From the NCBI GenBank assembly GCA_020891255.1, contig BQFW01000004.1:62001-126000 (forward strand): a stretch of 64,000 nt of DNA, read 5' to 3'. Source of the stretch: Entomortierella parvispora E1425. Its lineage: Eukaryota; Fungi; Mortierellomycota. The notes under the pieces are model-generated. The model was given only the letters and a program-made list of their open reading frames with translations. It was not told the DNA's origin and ran no database searches. Position numbers and translations under genes: made by a program. Below are positions 51,625-61,855 of the stretch, piece by piece (within the stretch, counting starts at the first letter, position 1; each line of letters starts with the position of its first letter).

Positions 51625-51642
51625 TGGTGATCTACGCAGGGG
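51625..51642 (+). promoter_or_regulatory. Candidate primer-binding site TGGTGATCTACGCAGGGG
   Basis: Begins with TGG 6 nt after the LTR. Its complement fits a tRNA 3' end (C61, C62, C72, A73, CCA). The cognate tRNA was not identified. Confidence 0.5.
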
Positions 51643-51654
51643 AGGGAAGGGACG

Positions 51655-54600
51655 ATGGTGAAAACAGATTTGTTAAAGGCGTTGACCGATGAGATCCCGA
51701 AGTGGCCCATAGCCAATAAGAAGGGAACCGAAGCTTCCGCTCGAGCATGGATCCGCGAGCTAGGAGACTTTTGGGCCGACGAAGGATTTTCGTTCCAGCT
51801 GTATGTGGTTCGGAGCAAGTTAGACGACCCCACGAAGAGTTGGTTGGCATGGTGGAGACACGCTGTCCCCGAGAATGAACAGAACTGGACCAAGTTAGTA
51901 AAGGATTTCGCGCAAGAACATGTCCAGGAACGTACCCCCGCCACGACCAAAGCAGAGATTATGAGAATGACCCAAGGAGACAAAGAGCCTTCGGACGACT
52001 ACGTTAAACGGTTGGAGCTGAAGTTAGCAATGCTGCCGAAGGACGAGGATGGGAAATACAAACTGAGTCCAGATGAAGAGGAGATGATCGCCCTTCAGTT
52101 TTGTACCGGTCTCCATCGCGATCACAAGTTCAAGACGAGGAACACAGAGCCATCCAAGACTATTGCCGAAACGATCAAGAATGTATCCAAGCTGGGAGAG
52201 GTCAACCGCTGGGAGGACGTTCCCGACAGGCAGCGTGAGCTGAGAGATAGGAACTGGTCGGAAGAGACTCCAAGCCAAGGAGACAATATTTTGTTGGGTA
52301 CCACGTCGGTATCGCGACCGCAGTTCGCTCGCTTCAAGAACGATTTCGGGAAAGAAGTTATCAACAATGCATCAGATATTGACGACTTGGTCAAGTTGTT
52401 TGGGGCCTGGACAATCACCGACTTCACCGAAACCAAGCCAGAGAACCGAGTTACTGAAGCGATCAAGCGGCTCGATGTCAACGTTGCCCGAAGAGTACTT
52501 CACAACACTTCGTTATCGAGGCATGTGTCGTTGGCGAACATCCCGCCGCCGCCCGCGCCTCCCATACAAGGTAATCCGAACAGTGGAGCGGCTGTAGTCC
52601 TGGGGGGGTCTTATCCACCTTGCCCCGAATGCAACCAGATGGGACATGGGCGAACCCGTTGCCCCCGAGTGGAATGTCGCAATTGTGGCCAGCTGGGTCA
52701 TATTTCGTATAACTGTCCAAACAACAGAGCGAACACAACGGTTGCACAAACAGAGCTGAATTCGAGAGCAGAGCAAGATTCGTCGAGGCGGGTTCGATTT
52801 GTTAATGGAGACGAAACCACTAGTACTCTTGTGACCACGAGAGCCACGGGACGAACAGCACCAGTTTCAGGGACTCTGCAAAGAAATAGTGCAGATCGGA
52901 GCAGTGTGCCAACGGGGATAGGATCCCAGAGGAGAGCCGAGACCGCAGGGGTAGCGCCACCTATTCGAAGAATGGATGTGGACCCAGAGGTCGAACAGGA
53001 ACAACCACAGGAGGGACCCCAGATGCCGAGAAAGCTAAAGATCAAGGAGATTGCCGCAATGAAGTTGAGGAAAGTTCGCATTCCAGTTGTGCCAGACCCC
53101 GAGATCATACGACAAGTCGAAGAGTTAGAATTCGACCCTGAGATCGTGGACAAGCACCGAGGAAGGATGGCCCCACAATTGAAGGCTGCCATAGGAGCGA
53201 TTTGGACGGAGCGTCGAAACAAACGCAAGGTTGCCAAGGAGAAGCGAGGAGTAACGTTCGCGAATCGCGCCAGTGTTCAAGCGGGAGACCAGGTTACGGC
53301 ATGGATAGGCCACCACCGATTGGACAACTGCATTGTCGACCCAGGCAACGAGAAGACAATGATTTCAGAGCATGCTGCCAGGCAAGTTGGTCTGGAGGTG
53401 CGTGCCACCGTAAACCAGATCAGACAGGCCGACGGGAAACCTATTTCCTTGGTGGGCACTACCGGACAATTTACATTCTCGGTAGCTGGCACCGAGGTAG
53501 AGATGAGTAGAGGTATGAACGTCATCGACTGCAAGCGATCGTATGATATGTTGCTTGGTGACGACTGGCTGAAAGCTGTCCGTGCGAAAGGGAAGTGGAC
53601 CAGCAACGCTGTGGCATACTACGTCACTCGGAATGGCAAGAAGGTCAAGCTAGGAATCGACCCCACTTTCGAGAGTAGCGATGACTCGAGCAGTGACGAC
53701 TCAGGTAGCGAGGACGACGACAATATCTACCCGGTTTTTGACGAAGACGACGAAGTCGAGCAAGGCCACTCGTTGCGAGTGCAAGAGGTCCAGGTCGAGA
53801 GCAATGGAGTGATAGACGTCGTGAAGGAGTTGTCCCCCGAACAGCACAGTGAGGTCGACGTACTATTAGAGTGCAACAAAGACCGATTCACCATGGATCT
53901 GAGCGAGTTGGAGGTCACCGACGTGTTTGAGCGTGAGATGAATGTCAGACCAGGGGCAAAACCGATCTATCCCACCGGATGCAGACAGTACGCGCCGAAG
54001 GAAAAAGAATACACGAAAAAGAATCTCGACGAGGAATTAGAGACTAGCAGGATCATTCCTACGGAATCTGAATGGTGCGCACCCTTGTCCTTTGCACCAA
54101 AGGAAGATGGCAACATTCGGAAGTGTGTCGCGTATATCGGATTGAGCAAAGTAACCGAGCGAGGAAGCTGGCTCATCAGAGACAAGACGGCCGGGAGCGT
54201 TACCACAGTATTGTTCCAGCGCGTCCTTTGCAGATTTGATATGCCTGACACCATTCGAACAGATGGTGGATCAGCGTTCAGGACCGAGTTCAAAACAATA
54301 TGTGAGCTGTCCGACACCCAACACTTTGTGGGGTCCACAAAAGAAGCACACAGTCAGGGGTCAGTGGAAGCGATGAATAAGCAGCTAGAAGAGAGATTGA
54401 GACTGACCTCCAGAGTGCCGCAGAACCAGCTGGACCAGTATTTGCCGCAGGCTGTGCCCGACATCGACAACCACGTTGAGGCAGCAACAGGAATGTCCCC
54501 GATGCAAGCGCTGATGGGATACATCGGGCAGTCGGCGTTGAGCCGACACCTGGCGCAACAATGGCAAGAGGCAGCCCCTATTGCTGAGCAGTTGACTGAA

Positions 54601-55026
54601 GACCGAGAAGTGATGGCCAGATTTGCCTGTCAACGAGAAGGCATCCAGGAACAAGCGTATCTGAACCGTCTCAAGGCTAATGAGTGGACGAAGAGGTACT
54701 GCGACCTGAACGTTCGACCTGCCTCCTTCGAGGTTGGAGAACAAGTATGGGTGTATAACCTATCTATCACGTCTGGATTTGGCCGCCAGTGGACACCGCG
54801 TTGGTTAGGACCATTCAAGGTAGCATGGGTAGGAAAGGCAGGGTCCTACGGCGTGCGCACGGGAGGACCAAATTATGATATTATTAATGGTGTGGAAAAG
54901 TTGAATAGAGATATGTTAAAGAGGTGGTGGGAAGAAGAGCGCATTGAAGATGTGAACTGCCAGAGGCCGGGTTCACATCTTGGGGGGGTGTTGATGGCCA
55001 AGACGGTACGATACACCCTTAAGTAG
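51655..55026 (+). CDS. Single-frame Gag-protease-(truncated RT)-(truncated integrase) polyprotein, 1123 aa
   Basis: Capsid-like gag, two CX2CX4HX4C knuckles (52621-52716), protease VDPG...MLLGDDWL, RT start (SEWCAPLSFAPKEDGNIRKCVAY), integrase D-35-E (54262 and 54367) and GPF motif (54808). Confidence 0.92.
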   Translation: MVKTDLLKALTDEIPKWPIANKKGTEASARAWIRELGDFWADEGFSFQLYVVRSKLDDPTKSWLAWWRHAVPENEQNWTKLVKDFAQEHVQERTPATTKAEIMRMTQGDKEPSDDYVKRLELKLAMLPKDEDGKYKLSPDEEEMIALQFCTGLHRDHKFKTRNTEPSKTIAETIKNVSKLGEVNRWEDVPDRQRELRDRNWSEETPSQGDNILLGTTSVSRPQFARFKNDFGKEVINNASDIDDLVKLFGAWTITDFTETKPENRVTEAIKRLDVNVARRVLHNTSLSRHVSLANIPPPPAPPIQGNPNSGAAVVLGGSYPPCPECNQMGHGRTRCPRVECRNCGQLGHISYNCPNNRANTTVAQTELNSRAEQDSSRRVRFVNGDETTSTLVTTRATGRTAPVSGTLQRNSADRSSVPTGIGSQRRAETAGVAPPIRRMDVDPEVEQEQPQEGPQMPRKLKIKEIAAMKLRKVRIPVVPDPEIIRQVEELEFDPEIVDKHRGRMAPQLKAAIGAIWTERRNKRKVAKEKRGVTFANRASVQAGDQVTAWIGHHRLDNCIVDPGNEKTMISEHAARQVGLEVRATVNQIRQADGKPISLVGTTGQFTFSVAGTEVEMSRGMNVIDCKRSYDMLLGDDWLKAVRAKGKWTSNAVAYYVTRNGKKVKLGIDPTFESSDDSSSDDSGSEDDDNIYPVFDEDDEVEQGHSLRVQEVQVESNGVIDVVKELSPEQHSEVDVLLECNKDRFTMDLSELEVTDVFEREMNVRPGAKPIYPTGCRQYAPKEKEYTKKNLDEELETSRIIPTESEWCAPLSFAPKEDGNIRKCVAYIGLSKVTERGSWLIRDKTAGSVTTVLFQRVLCRFDMPDTIRTDGGSAFRTEFKTICELSDTQHFVGSTKEAHSQGSVEAMNKQLEERLRLTSRVPQNQLDQYLPQAVPDIDNHVEAATGMSPMQALMGYIGQSALSRHLAQQWQEAAPIAEQLTEDREVMARFACQREGIQEQAYLNRLKANEWTKRYCDLNVRPASFEVGEQVWVYNLSITSGFGRQWTPRWLGPFKVAWVGKAGSYGVRTGGPNYDIINGVEKLNRDMLKRWWEEERIEDVNCQRPGSHLGGVLMAKTVRYTLK
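54982..54988 (+). promoter_or_regulatory. Polypurine tract (G7)
   Basis: GGGGGGG directly abuts the TG of the 3' LTR. Confidence 0.8.
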
Positions 55027-55291
55027 AACCACTATATGTAGTTGCTCGCACGGCGTGGCCCTCTGCTCTTTATCCGTCTTATTCCACATTGATCGATACT
55101 GACAGAGGCCAGCACGGCGACCCTTAGGTAGCCCTCTCGTTATTTATTATTACCAATACATGATCCGTCTTATTCCACATTGATCGATACTGACAGAGGC
55201 CAGCACGGCGACCCTTAGTCTGATTCTCACTCGTCACCTAGGATTGCCATATCCCGCACAGCGCCCCTCAAGCCTGCCCCCGTACGCAACA
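54989..55291 (+). repeat. 3' LTR (303 bp)
   Basis: Matches 51316-51618 and is followed by the TSD GCAT. Confidence 0.95.
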
Positions 55292-55970
55292 GCATCAAGG
55301 AACAAAAGAAGTTGCCCGAGTTCACCTACCGACGATCTCCAATTGGTGTCCAATGCGTTAGCGCACAGTAAGGGATGATAATCCCTTGGCTTTTTTTTTT
55401 TCAGCCCTTGGGCTGCCTTTGGTCCTTGCTCTTGTTGAGATGCCGCATCAGTGACTAGTGCACACGTATTGTTCTTTCTTGTGTAAGAGGGGATGAAGAA
55501 TAAACAGGGTCTAGTTGTTGATCTGTGTCCTCAAACACTCTGAACCACAGACAGGGGGGTGCAGCGGTGAGTCTGCATTTTGCACAGTTGTTGATGCTGC
55601 TGGGACGGAGAGGCATGTTTGATTCGAAAAACTTTCTGGTAAGCTTGCCCCCCCCCCCCCCCCAAAGGCGCTCTTGAGAGCAGAGCACGACGGAAACAAA
55701 GGCAGGAGAGCTTCTCATCTTTTGTTTTTTCTCAAAGCAAACAGCTTGGTGCGACAGATTACGTCGTTTTCTTCCTCCCAATCAAGTCGAGTCAACCGTG
55801 AACGAAACAAAAGATGGGGGTTCGCGATGGGGGGGCTGGGGTGTATCATTCCCGCCGGTAAACACAACAGCTCACACATATTCAGGGCAGGGCAGAGAAC
55901 ACCGCAAGGAGAGAAAACGTGGCCTATGATATGGACTCGTGCTGTTTCTGAGGCTGCAGTCGGATAGCTT

Positions 55971-56041
55971 GGGATAGGGACCTAGGGCAGAAGCCTGGGA
56001 CAGGGGGCAGGGGACAGGAGGCAGGGATAGGGGATAAGGGG
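55971..56041 (+). other. G-run cluster with G-quadruplex potential
   Basis: Nine runs of at least 3 G in 71 bp. Confidence 0.5.
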
Positions 56042-56525
56042 CAGATCAGTAGATGTAGATGAAGGGGATGGTGGGACAAAACGATCAAGGGTTGGTTGAT
56101 ATGGGAAGGATGAAAGGGGCCAACCTAGCTAGGACGCGTCGGGCTGTCCGAGAAAGAATGGGTGCCTGCGGAACGAGCAAAGAACAGAAGACGCGTCGGG
56201 ACGTCGGGAGAAGGACCTATTTTCCCAAGACTGACACGCCACCAACCAGCTTTCACGAATCAGAGGGCTCTCTTCAGTCTCTTTGGCGCTTCGATCCCCT
56301 CGTCTTGTCTCTCTCGGCTCGCGCGGGAGGCCAGAGCAACGTTGGAAGAAAGAAGCAACAGAGCACTCGGCTCTCATCCTCTCATCCTCTCGTCCTCTCG
56401 ACTCGCTCGCACCACATGAGGCTTGCTCCGGCTTGCCCGCTTGTCCCACCTTGCATCTTGCCTCCACATCACATCCACCCAGTCTCATCTCTTGCATCTC
56501 GGCACATCATCGCATCATCTTCTCA

Positions 56526-57517
56526 ATGTCATTCGAGGCAAACACTGGATTCCTCAAGGCTGACTTTGTCATGTCCTTTGTCCTGAGCATCCTCGGTCTC
56601 ATCGTCCTCGGCACTTTGGGTGGAAACAGTTACAAATCGTACGAGTCGCTCTTGTCCTGTCCGTCTCTTTAATGTCTCTGTTTGACCCTTATTCATTCAA
56701 GAGTGCTTCTTTCGCCTGACTTTATTATAGCGTCGTTGCAGACAAACCAAAGTACTGCATCCTCATGGCCAACGTAAATACAAGGACCTTTCATTCCTCC
56801 GCTTGTACTTTTGCCATCTTCATTGGGTATGGTTTCTTCTTTCTCCCTGCTCCGACGCTCAAAGTCAGGGCAGGTGTTGCTTAGTCTAGACTTTGAGCAA
56901 AGATTCGTAAGACACTCACCGTTCGAGATTGGGTGCCCCGACCTGTCGTTTTTCTCTTGATTGATATAGGTTCTGCATTGCAGCAGGAGGAATCGCCCTT
57001 TTTGCCTTAGACTTTATCACCTGGAAAAGGTCTGAGCGCTTCAAGGGCAAGCGAGCTTCAGTGGCTGTAAGGATCATCACAATCCGCCTTATTTTTATTC
57101 ATTGCTTTTCGGATGAAACCCTTGTCTGACCGGCTCCTTTCCTCTGGTGTATCTAGGCCTTGTTGATCTCTCCAATTATGTGTTTCTTTGCGCTTTCGAC
57201 ATCAATTGTGATTGGCGTGGGCATGAAGGACTTTTGTAAGAACCTCGATTACCATCCCGAACGGTGCTATGAGATCATCCCCGAGATGGCAAAATTGCAG
57301 GCGGCCGTTGGAGGGTCAGCCATGGCGGGCATTTTGTTCGCCTGCTATGGATTCAGTGAATATACCCAGTATCGCAAACGACACATTCAAGGAGACAAGG
57401 TAAAAAAAAAAAGATCAAGAGATGAAAGAAGTCTCTTTGGATTGTGAGAGAGGAAATTTAAAGAACTTGGGATTCCAACTGACCATGCTGACATTTGACT
57501 CTCATTTCTAGTGGTGA
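56526..57517 (+). CDS. Small four-TM membrane protein, MARVEL-like (184 aa)
   Basis: Exons 56526-56638, 56731-56826, 56970-57066, 57157-57399 and 57512-57517 splice in frame. Four hydrophobic helices with Cys in the luminal loops (SACTFAIFIG; DFCK...RC). Confidence 0.7.
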
Positions 57518-57746
57518 TAGGAGGGACATCATTAAAAACAAGCTAATTTTTACAATCGACCGCAGGAGGATGGTACAGAGTGCTGTTTTGCAATCGTGGA
57601 TATGAGGATCGGCTCGCAGGAAAGAGGCACTGGCAGTTCATCCTGGCCATCGAGCTGAGTGATAAAAACAGTGCGTTGGCTGGAGGGAGAACGAGGAGAA
57701 TATGCATTGGATCAATGAGTTTATTTTTCATGTGGTTGTTGTTTTT

Positions 57747-59224
57747 TTAATATTCGGGTCGGACAAACTTGAGGTTGGCTTTTCCGACATTGCTATTCAT
57801 GTAGATGGAGCCGCTGACATCGGAGTAACGACCGTCCCTGAAGAACTTGCGTGCGACCTTCTTCTTGCGATTGTTTTCTTCGTACTCGATCACTGTTCTA
57901 CTACGAAGCAGTTCAGTGATTTCAAGGCGACCAAACTCACTCATAAGATTGATTCTTCCAAGATAGGTGTCCGTCTAGGAGGGAAAAGAGGCAAAAGGCG
58001 GTCAAAAACAAACTACGAGATACATTGCACTACGCACAGGATTCCATTATGTTTACCACTGTCGCGTCGAGAGTACTCGTTGCACTCGAAAGACCGAGCA
58101 TTAGAGCCTGTCCTTCCAAGACTGCGATGTTGGTCACTACATGACCCACTTCTGACGTGGCCTTGACGAGCAAGTTGCCTGGAAGGGGGCCATAGTTTCC
58201 AGGATTCCTCGTGTGGTCTCGCTGTTGCACATCCAAAAGGATAGAGCCTGTGTGGGACCGGATGTTGATATCGTGATGGTCAATCGCCAGACGGCGAACA
58301 ACAGCCAGAGCTCGAATGGCACCGACATTAGTTTGAAGATCCAGACTCAGGCGTTTGTCCACTAGCCCTTCGATATGGGAGATGGTGATGGGACCATCCG
58401 TTGCAGTGGCCTGGAGACGACTGGCCAGAAGACTACCCGCTTCAATCTTGCCCACAACCGTCGTAAGATCTACCGAACTGAGTTGTAAGGAGCCCAAATC
58501 CCAGGTCCTGATATCTACGACCGTCCCTTGGACAGAAAGAGTGCCGAGAGTGGCCATAGTTGCTGGGAACAGGACCTTAACGCTAACCTGGGCGCAGGTC
58601 TTCCTTCCGTGATGGTGCTCCCGTACATCTGCCCAGATATGAAACCTGAAGATCCCATTGTCTTCCTCCACTTGGAGGTGGAGGACATGTTGATCATTTT
58701 CCCTGACTTTCGCATCCACTAGGACGGTGGGTCGGTGAACATCGCTTGAGATCTGAATATCGACATTGCCAGCGATATCACCCTTGCCAATGAGGACGAA
58801 CATAGAGTTTATGAAGGCCTTTTCAGATTCAAAGCGATTCCGCCCCTGCCAGGGCACCAGGGAGCCTCGACATTCCCCTTTATCATTGCTGAATCCAAAG
58901 CGCGGGAAACCAAAGCTCAAATAAAAGAACCAGACAATGAACATGGCAAACGCAGTGCGACGCATGTACTTGCGCTTGAGAGCGGCCTCATGGGTACCCG
59001 CCAAACCTATTAGAGAAGGAAGGGTGTTTGTAAGAAGGAGAGTACGCTACACGGCGTTGTAGGAGATAGAATGATCAGCGCAGCGATATTTGCTTACAGC
59101 GCTTGCAAAGAGGGCCGCGACGGCATCTAAAGGGTTGTTGGACAGGTTGTGCGGGCTGGTTGTTCAAGAGGGGCTGGGTCTCTTGCCCGGCAACAGGGAT
59201 GGTGACGGCACCGTTGCTGGCCAT
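57747..59224 (-). CDS. Type II membrane protein with a DUF4097/adhesin-like beta-strand repeat domain
   Basis: Exon 59224-59098, exon from 59006 and a last exon ending at 57747. One TM helix (TAFAMFIVWFFYLSFG) followed by repeated T/S-x-x-G-x-I units (TVVGKI, ATDGPI, TNVGAI, SHTGSI, SEVGHV). Confidence 0.7.
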
Positions 59225-59590
59225 GGAGCACGAAGGAGAGAATTCAAGACAAGAACAAAGAATAATGTGGGAACAGGCGTACAAGATGAAGAGAAGAGCA
59301 AGGCAGAGCAGAGAAGAGACAAAGGGCAGGCAAAGAGGACGGGGGAAGGGACGATGGCTCGTTCCTCTTATACTGCAACCAAGGGAAAGAAACAAAGTCT
59401 TGGCAGTTCGCCCCTGGCCTTGGCTTTGCTCCATCGCACACGAAGACAACAAAACACGGCGTGTGTGAATGTGGCCATGGTCCTACTGTACATGTACAGA
59501 GAGAGAGAAAAAGTCGCGTCCCTCGCGCGTGCCTTCCTTTTGTCCCGCCCTCTTGCTCTCTCCTCCTCTCTCGATCCATCCCGTCTTCCC

Positions 59591-61798
59591 ATGAGCATCC
59601 ATCACCTCTTTGACATCTACGAGATCTGCGCCCTGATCGCCTCCTACTTCACCACCAGCCGTGACCTCTACGCCCTCACGCTCGTCAACCGCCAGTGGCA
59701 TCAGTCCTTCAATCCGCTTCTGTGGCAGGAATGTCACATCTTCCTCACTTCCAAAGACGCCCCTCGCCCTTTCCAGGGTCGACGGTATGTGCCTGATCGA
59801 CAAAAGCAGCAGCCAACGGACCATGCTCTTGCTCGATGGGGTCATTTCATCCGCTCTTTCAAGCTAAAGATCTTCACGGCCAATGTCAGCACTTTTATCC
59901 TCGATCTCATGCGGCTCCATTCCCGTCAGCTGGTCTCGGTCACGATCGCATCCGCCTCCATGTCCACAGACGACTTCAAGGAACAAGTCATGGGACTAGC
60001 GCCCATGATGATTGACTTTGGTGCTCTCTGCAGGAATGACGTCGAAGAGGACTGCGGCGAGGGCTGCAGCGATATTCACCTGTCCACGGACAGCATCTCG
60101 ACGTTCGACCATGGACTTTTGAGTCACACCATCACCTCTCTCAAGCTAGAGCTGGAGCTTTCTGTGGTGCGAGAAGTACTCCCAGTGATGATCGCAGCCA
60201 GGAGGCAGGATGACGGCGTGCTCGCTGGACTGCTGCACTTTCAACTCGAATGCGAGGATCTACACTCTCAAACAATGGAAGAGGTCGTCAAGACCAAGAG
60301 GCTGCCCGTATCGACCGTTCACGATTTTCTCAATGTGTTTCCAAAGCTGGAGACACTGTGCACGAGCTTCATGCTTATCATGGAAGACGGGGATCTTCCT
60401 CTAGACAAGAATCCGATTGCACAAGGCGAGGAGCGGTTTCAAGGAGCCTCTCCTCGACTGCGGTCTTTGACCGTGACCCCCAGTTCAGCAAAGGTTCTCT
60501 CCAGTCTCCTTGCTCGAACCGTCACCCTAGCCGTTATAACAGCAACACCCAGGACAATAAGCGCGATATCATCATCCAAAGGCTCGACAGAACCATTTCT
60601 ACCGACTGCAAGTGGACTACAAAAGCTCTCGCTGAATTGCTTCACGGATCAACCTCTGCTATCGACTGTCACTGAACATCGTCTTTCAGGCCTGGAGAGC
60701 TTCTCATATACTCGTCAGGGCCAGTTTGCTTACAATTTATTTCCACCAAAGTCGAATCAGGATCAGGACTGGATAGCGCTCTGGAAATCGCTCCCGCGGC
60801 TGAAATCCCTCTACACCATCTGCATCAACCTTTCTTCTCAAGTCTCTCGATCCCTAATCGCCCATTGTCCTCGACTCGAAAAGGTTATTCAGATAAGCAT
60901 ATGGCAGCAACAAACAGACGCTGTTCGAGACCCAGGATGGGGAGGCGCTCTAGAGATCCTCCGTGGAGCCAATGAATTGAAGATTCTGCAGTTCAGTCAA
61001 TATGTGGACGTAAAGTTTTTTCATCGGCTAATGCGGCATCCGACCTCGCTCTCGATATTGTTGCTGGAGGGTTCAGAGAGTCATTCTGATGATCACGGTA
61101 CGGCGGCTCATGAGGAAACCGGATCCGAAAATGGAGCTGGAGGAGCCGAAGAAGTAGGTCAGGAGACGGACAACGTGGACACTATAGAGCCATTGAGTCA
61201 TTCTCCTGGATTTGATCATGGAGAGAGCGATGATGGAGTAGAAGATGAGAACGACTACGAGGAGGAGAGCGAGGAAGAAGACGATCAGGACTACGTTTAT
61301 GAGGATGACAGCGATGATACGTATTCAGAGGATTACGACTATGAAGGAGAAGTGGCTGGTGATGAACAAGACGAAGAAGAACAGGAACAAGAATCGATTG
61401 CACAGTGTATCTCCGAGACGGGCTGTTTGAACAGCTTGCAAATCCTGCGGATCCATCGGTTGAGTCTGGATGGTCCAACAGAGAACCATATCTTTCGACA
61501 GGCGATTCGGCTATTAAGCCGTCTCCGGTGCCTTCAAGTCGGTGGCATAGGAATGGAGAGGTGGGCCTTGCTTTCACCCGAGGATATTGGACTCAGGTGT
61601 GGGATGGATTTGCCAGAAGGTCAATTCATATACCCATGCCTCCGAGAAGTCACCCTTAGCAAAATCAGGGGCGACACCAACGACGATATTGAGTCCATTG
61701 TGGCCATCATGCCAAATTTGTGCACCTTCCAGACCATTGGACTGAACTTGTTCTGCGATGACATTTTTGATATTAGAAACCAAAAGCAAGTGGAATAA
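59591..61798 (+). CDS. F-box/LRR-like protein with a long acidic insertion
   Basis: F-box-like LFDIYEICALIASYF...LTLVNRQWHQSFNPLLW, degenerate LRRs (FPKLETL, LPRLKSL, CPRLEKV) and a D/E tract at 61220-61393. Single exon. Confidence 0.78.
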   Translation: MSIHHLFDIYEICALIASYFTTSRDLYALTLVNRQWHQSFNPLLWQECHIFLTSKDAPRPFQGRRYVPDRQKQQPTDHALARWGHFIRSFKLKIFTANVSTFILDLMRLHSRQLVSVTIASASMSTDDFKEQVMGLAPMMIDFGALCRNDVEEDCGEGCSDIHLSTDSISTFDHGLLSHTITSLKLELELSVVREVLPVMIAARRQDDGVLAGLLHFQLECEDLHSQTMEEVVKTKRLPVSTVHDFLNVFPKLETLCTSFMLIMEDGDLPLDKNPIAQGEERFQGASPRLRSLTVTPSSAKVLSSLLARTVTLAVITATPRTISAISSSKGSTEPFLPTASGLQKLSLNCFTDQPLLSTVTEHRLSGLESFSYTRQGQFAYNLFPPKSNQDQDWIALWKSLPRLKSLYTICINLSSQVSRSLIAHCPRLEKVIQISIWQQQTDAVRDPGWGGALEILRGANELKILQFSQYVDVKFFHRLMRHPTSLSILLLEGSESHSDDHGTAAHEETGSENGAGGAEEVGQETDNVDTIEPLSHSPGFDHGESDDGVEDENDYEEESEEEDDQDYVYEDDSDDTYSEDYDYEGEVAGDEQDEEEQEQESIAQCISETGCLNSLQILRIHRLSLDGPTENHIFRQAIRLLSRLRCLQVGGIGMERWALLSPEDIGLRCGMDLPEGQFIYPCLREVTLSKIRGDTNDDIESIVAIMPNLCTFQTIGLNLFCDDIFDIRNQKQVE

Positions 61799-61855
61799 AC
61801 CCCCCCCCCCCCCCTTGCAGGCATTTTCTCGATTTGAAGAACTTTTTTATTATTC

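Larger units (their letters stand above)
51316..55291 (+). mobile_element. Ty3/Gypsy LTR retrotransposon, internally deleted (non-autonomous), recent insertion
   Basis: Two 303-bp LTRs bounded TGTTG...CAACA with no difference seen by eye. 4-bp TSD GCAT at 51312-51315 and 55292-55295. Domain order gag-PR-RT fragment-IN. PPT before the 3' LTR. Confidence 0.95.

Noticed and set aside
51399-55217. Four copies of a 56-bp repeat as a CRISPR-like array
   Set aside because: They are the LTR-internal duplication present in each LTR. There are no unique spacers or cas genes, and the context is eukaryotic.
59090-59590. 167-codon N-terminal extension of the second F-box ORF
   Set aside because: It overlaps exon 1 and the promoter of the minus-strand DUF4097-like gene. 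The F-box motif begins right after ATG 59591, so the extension is a chance open frame.
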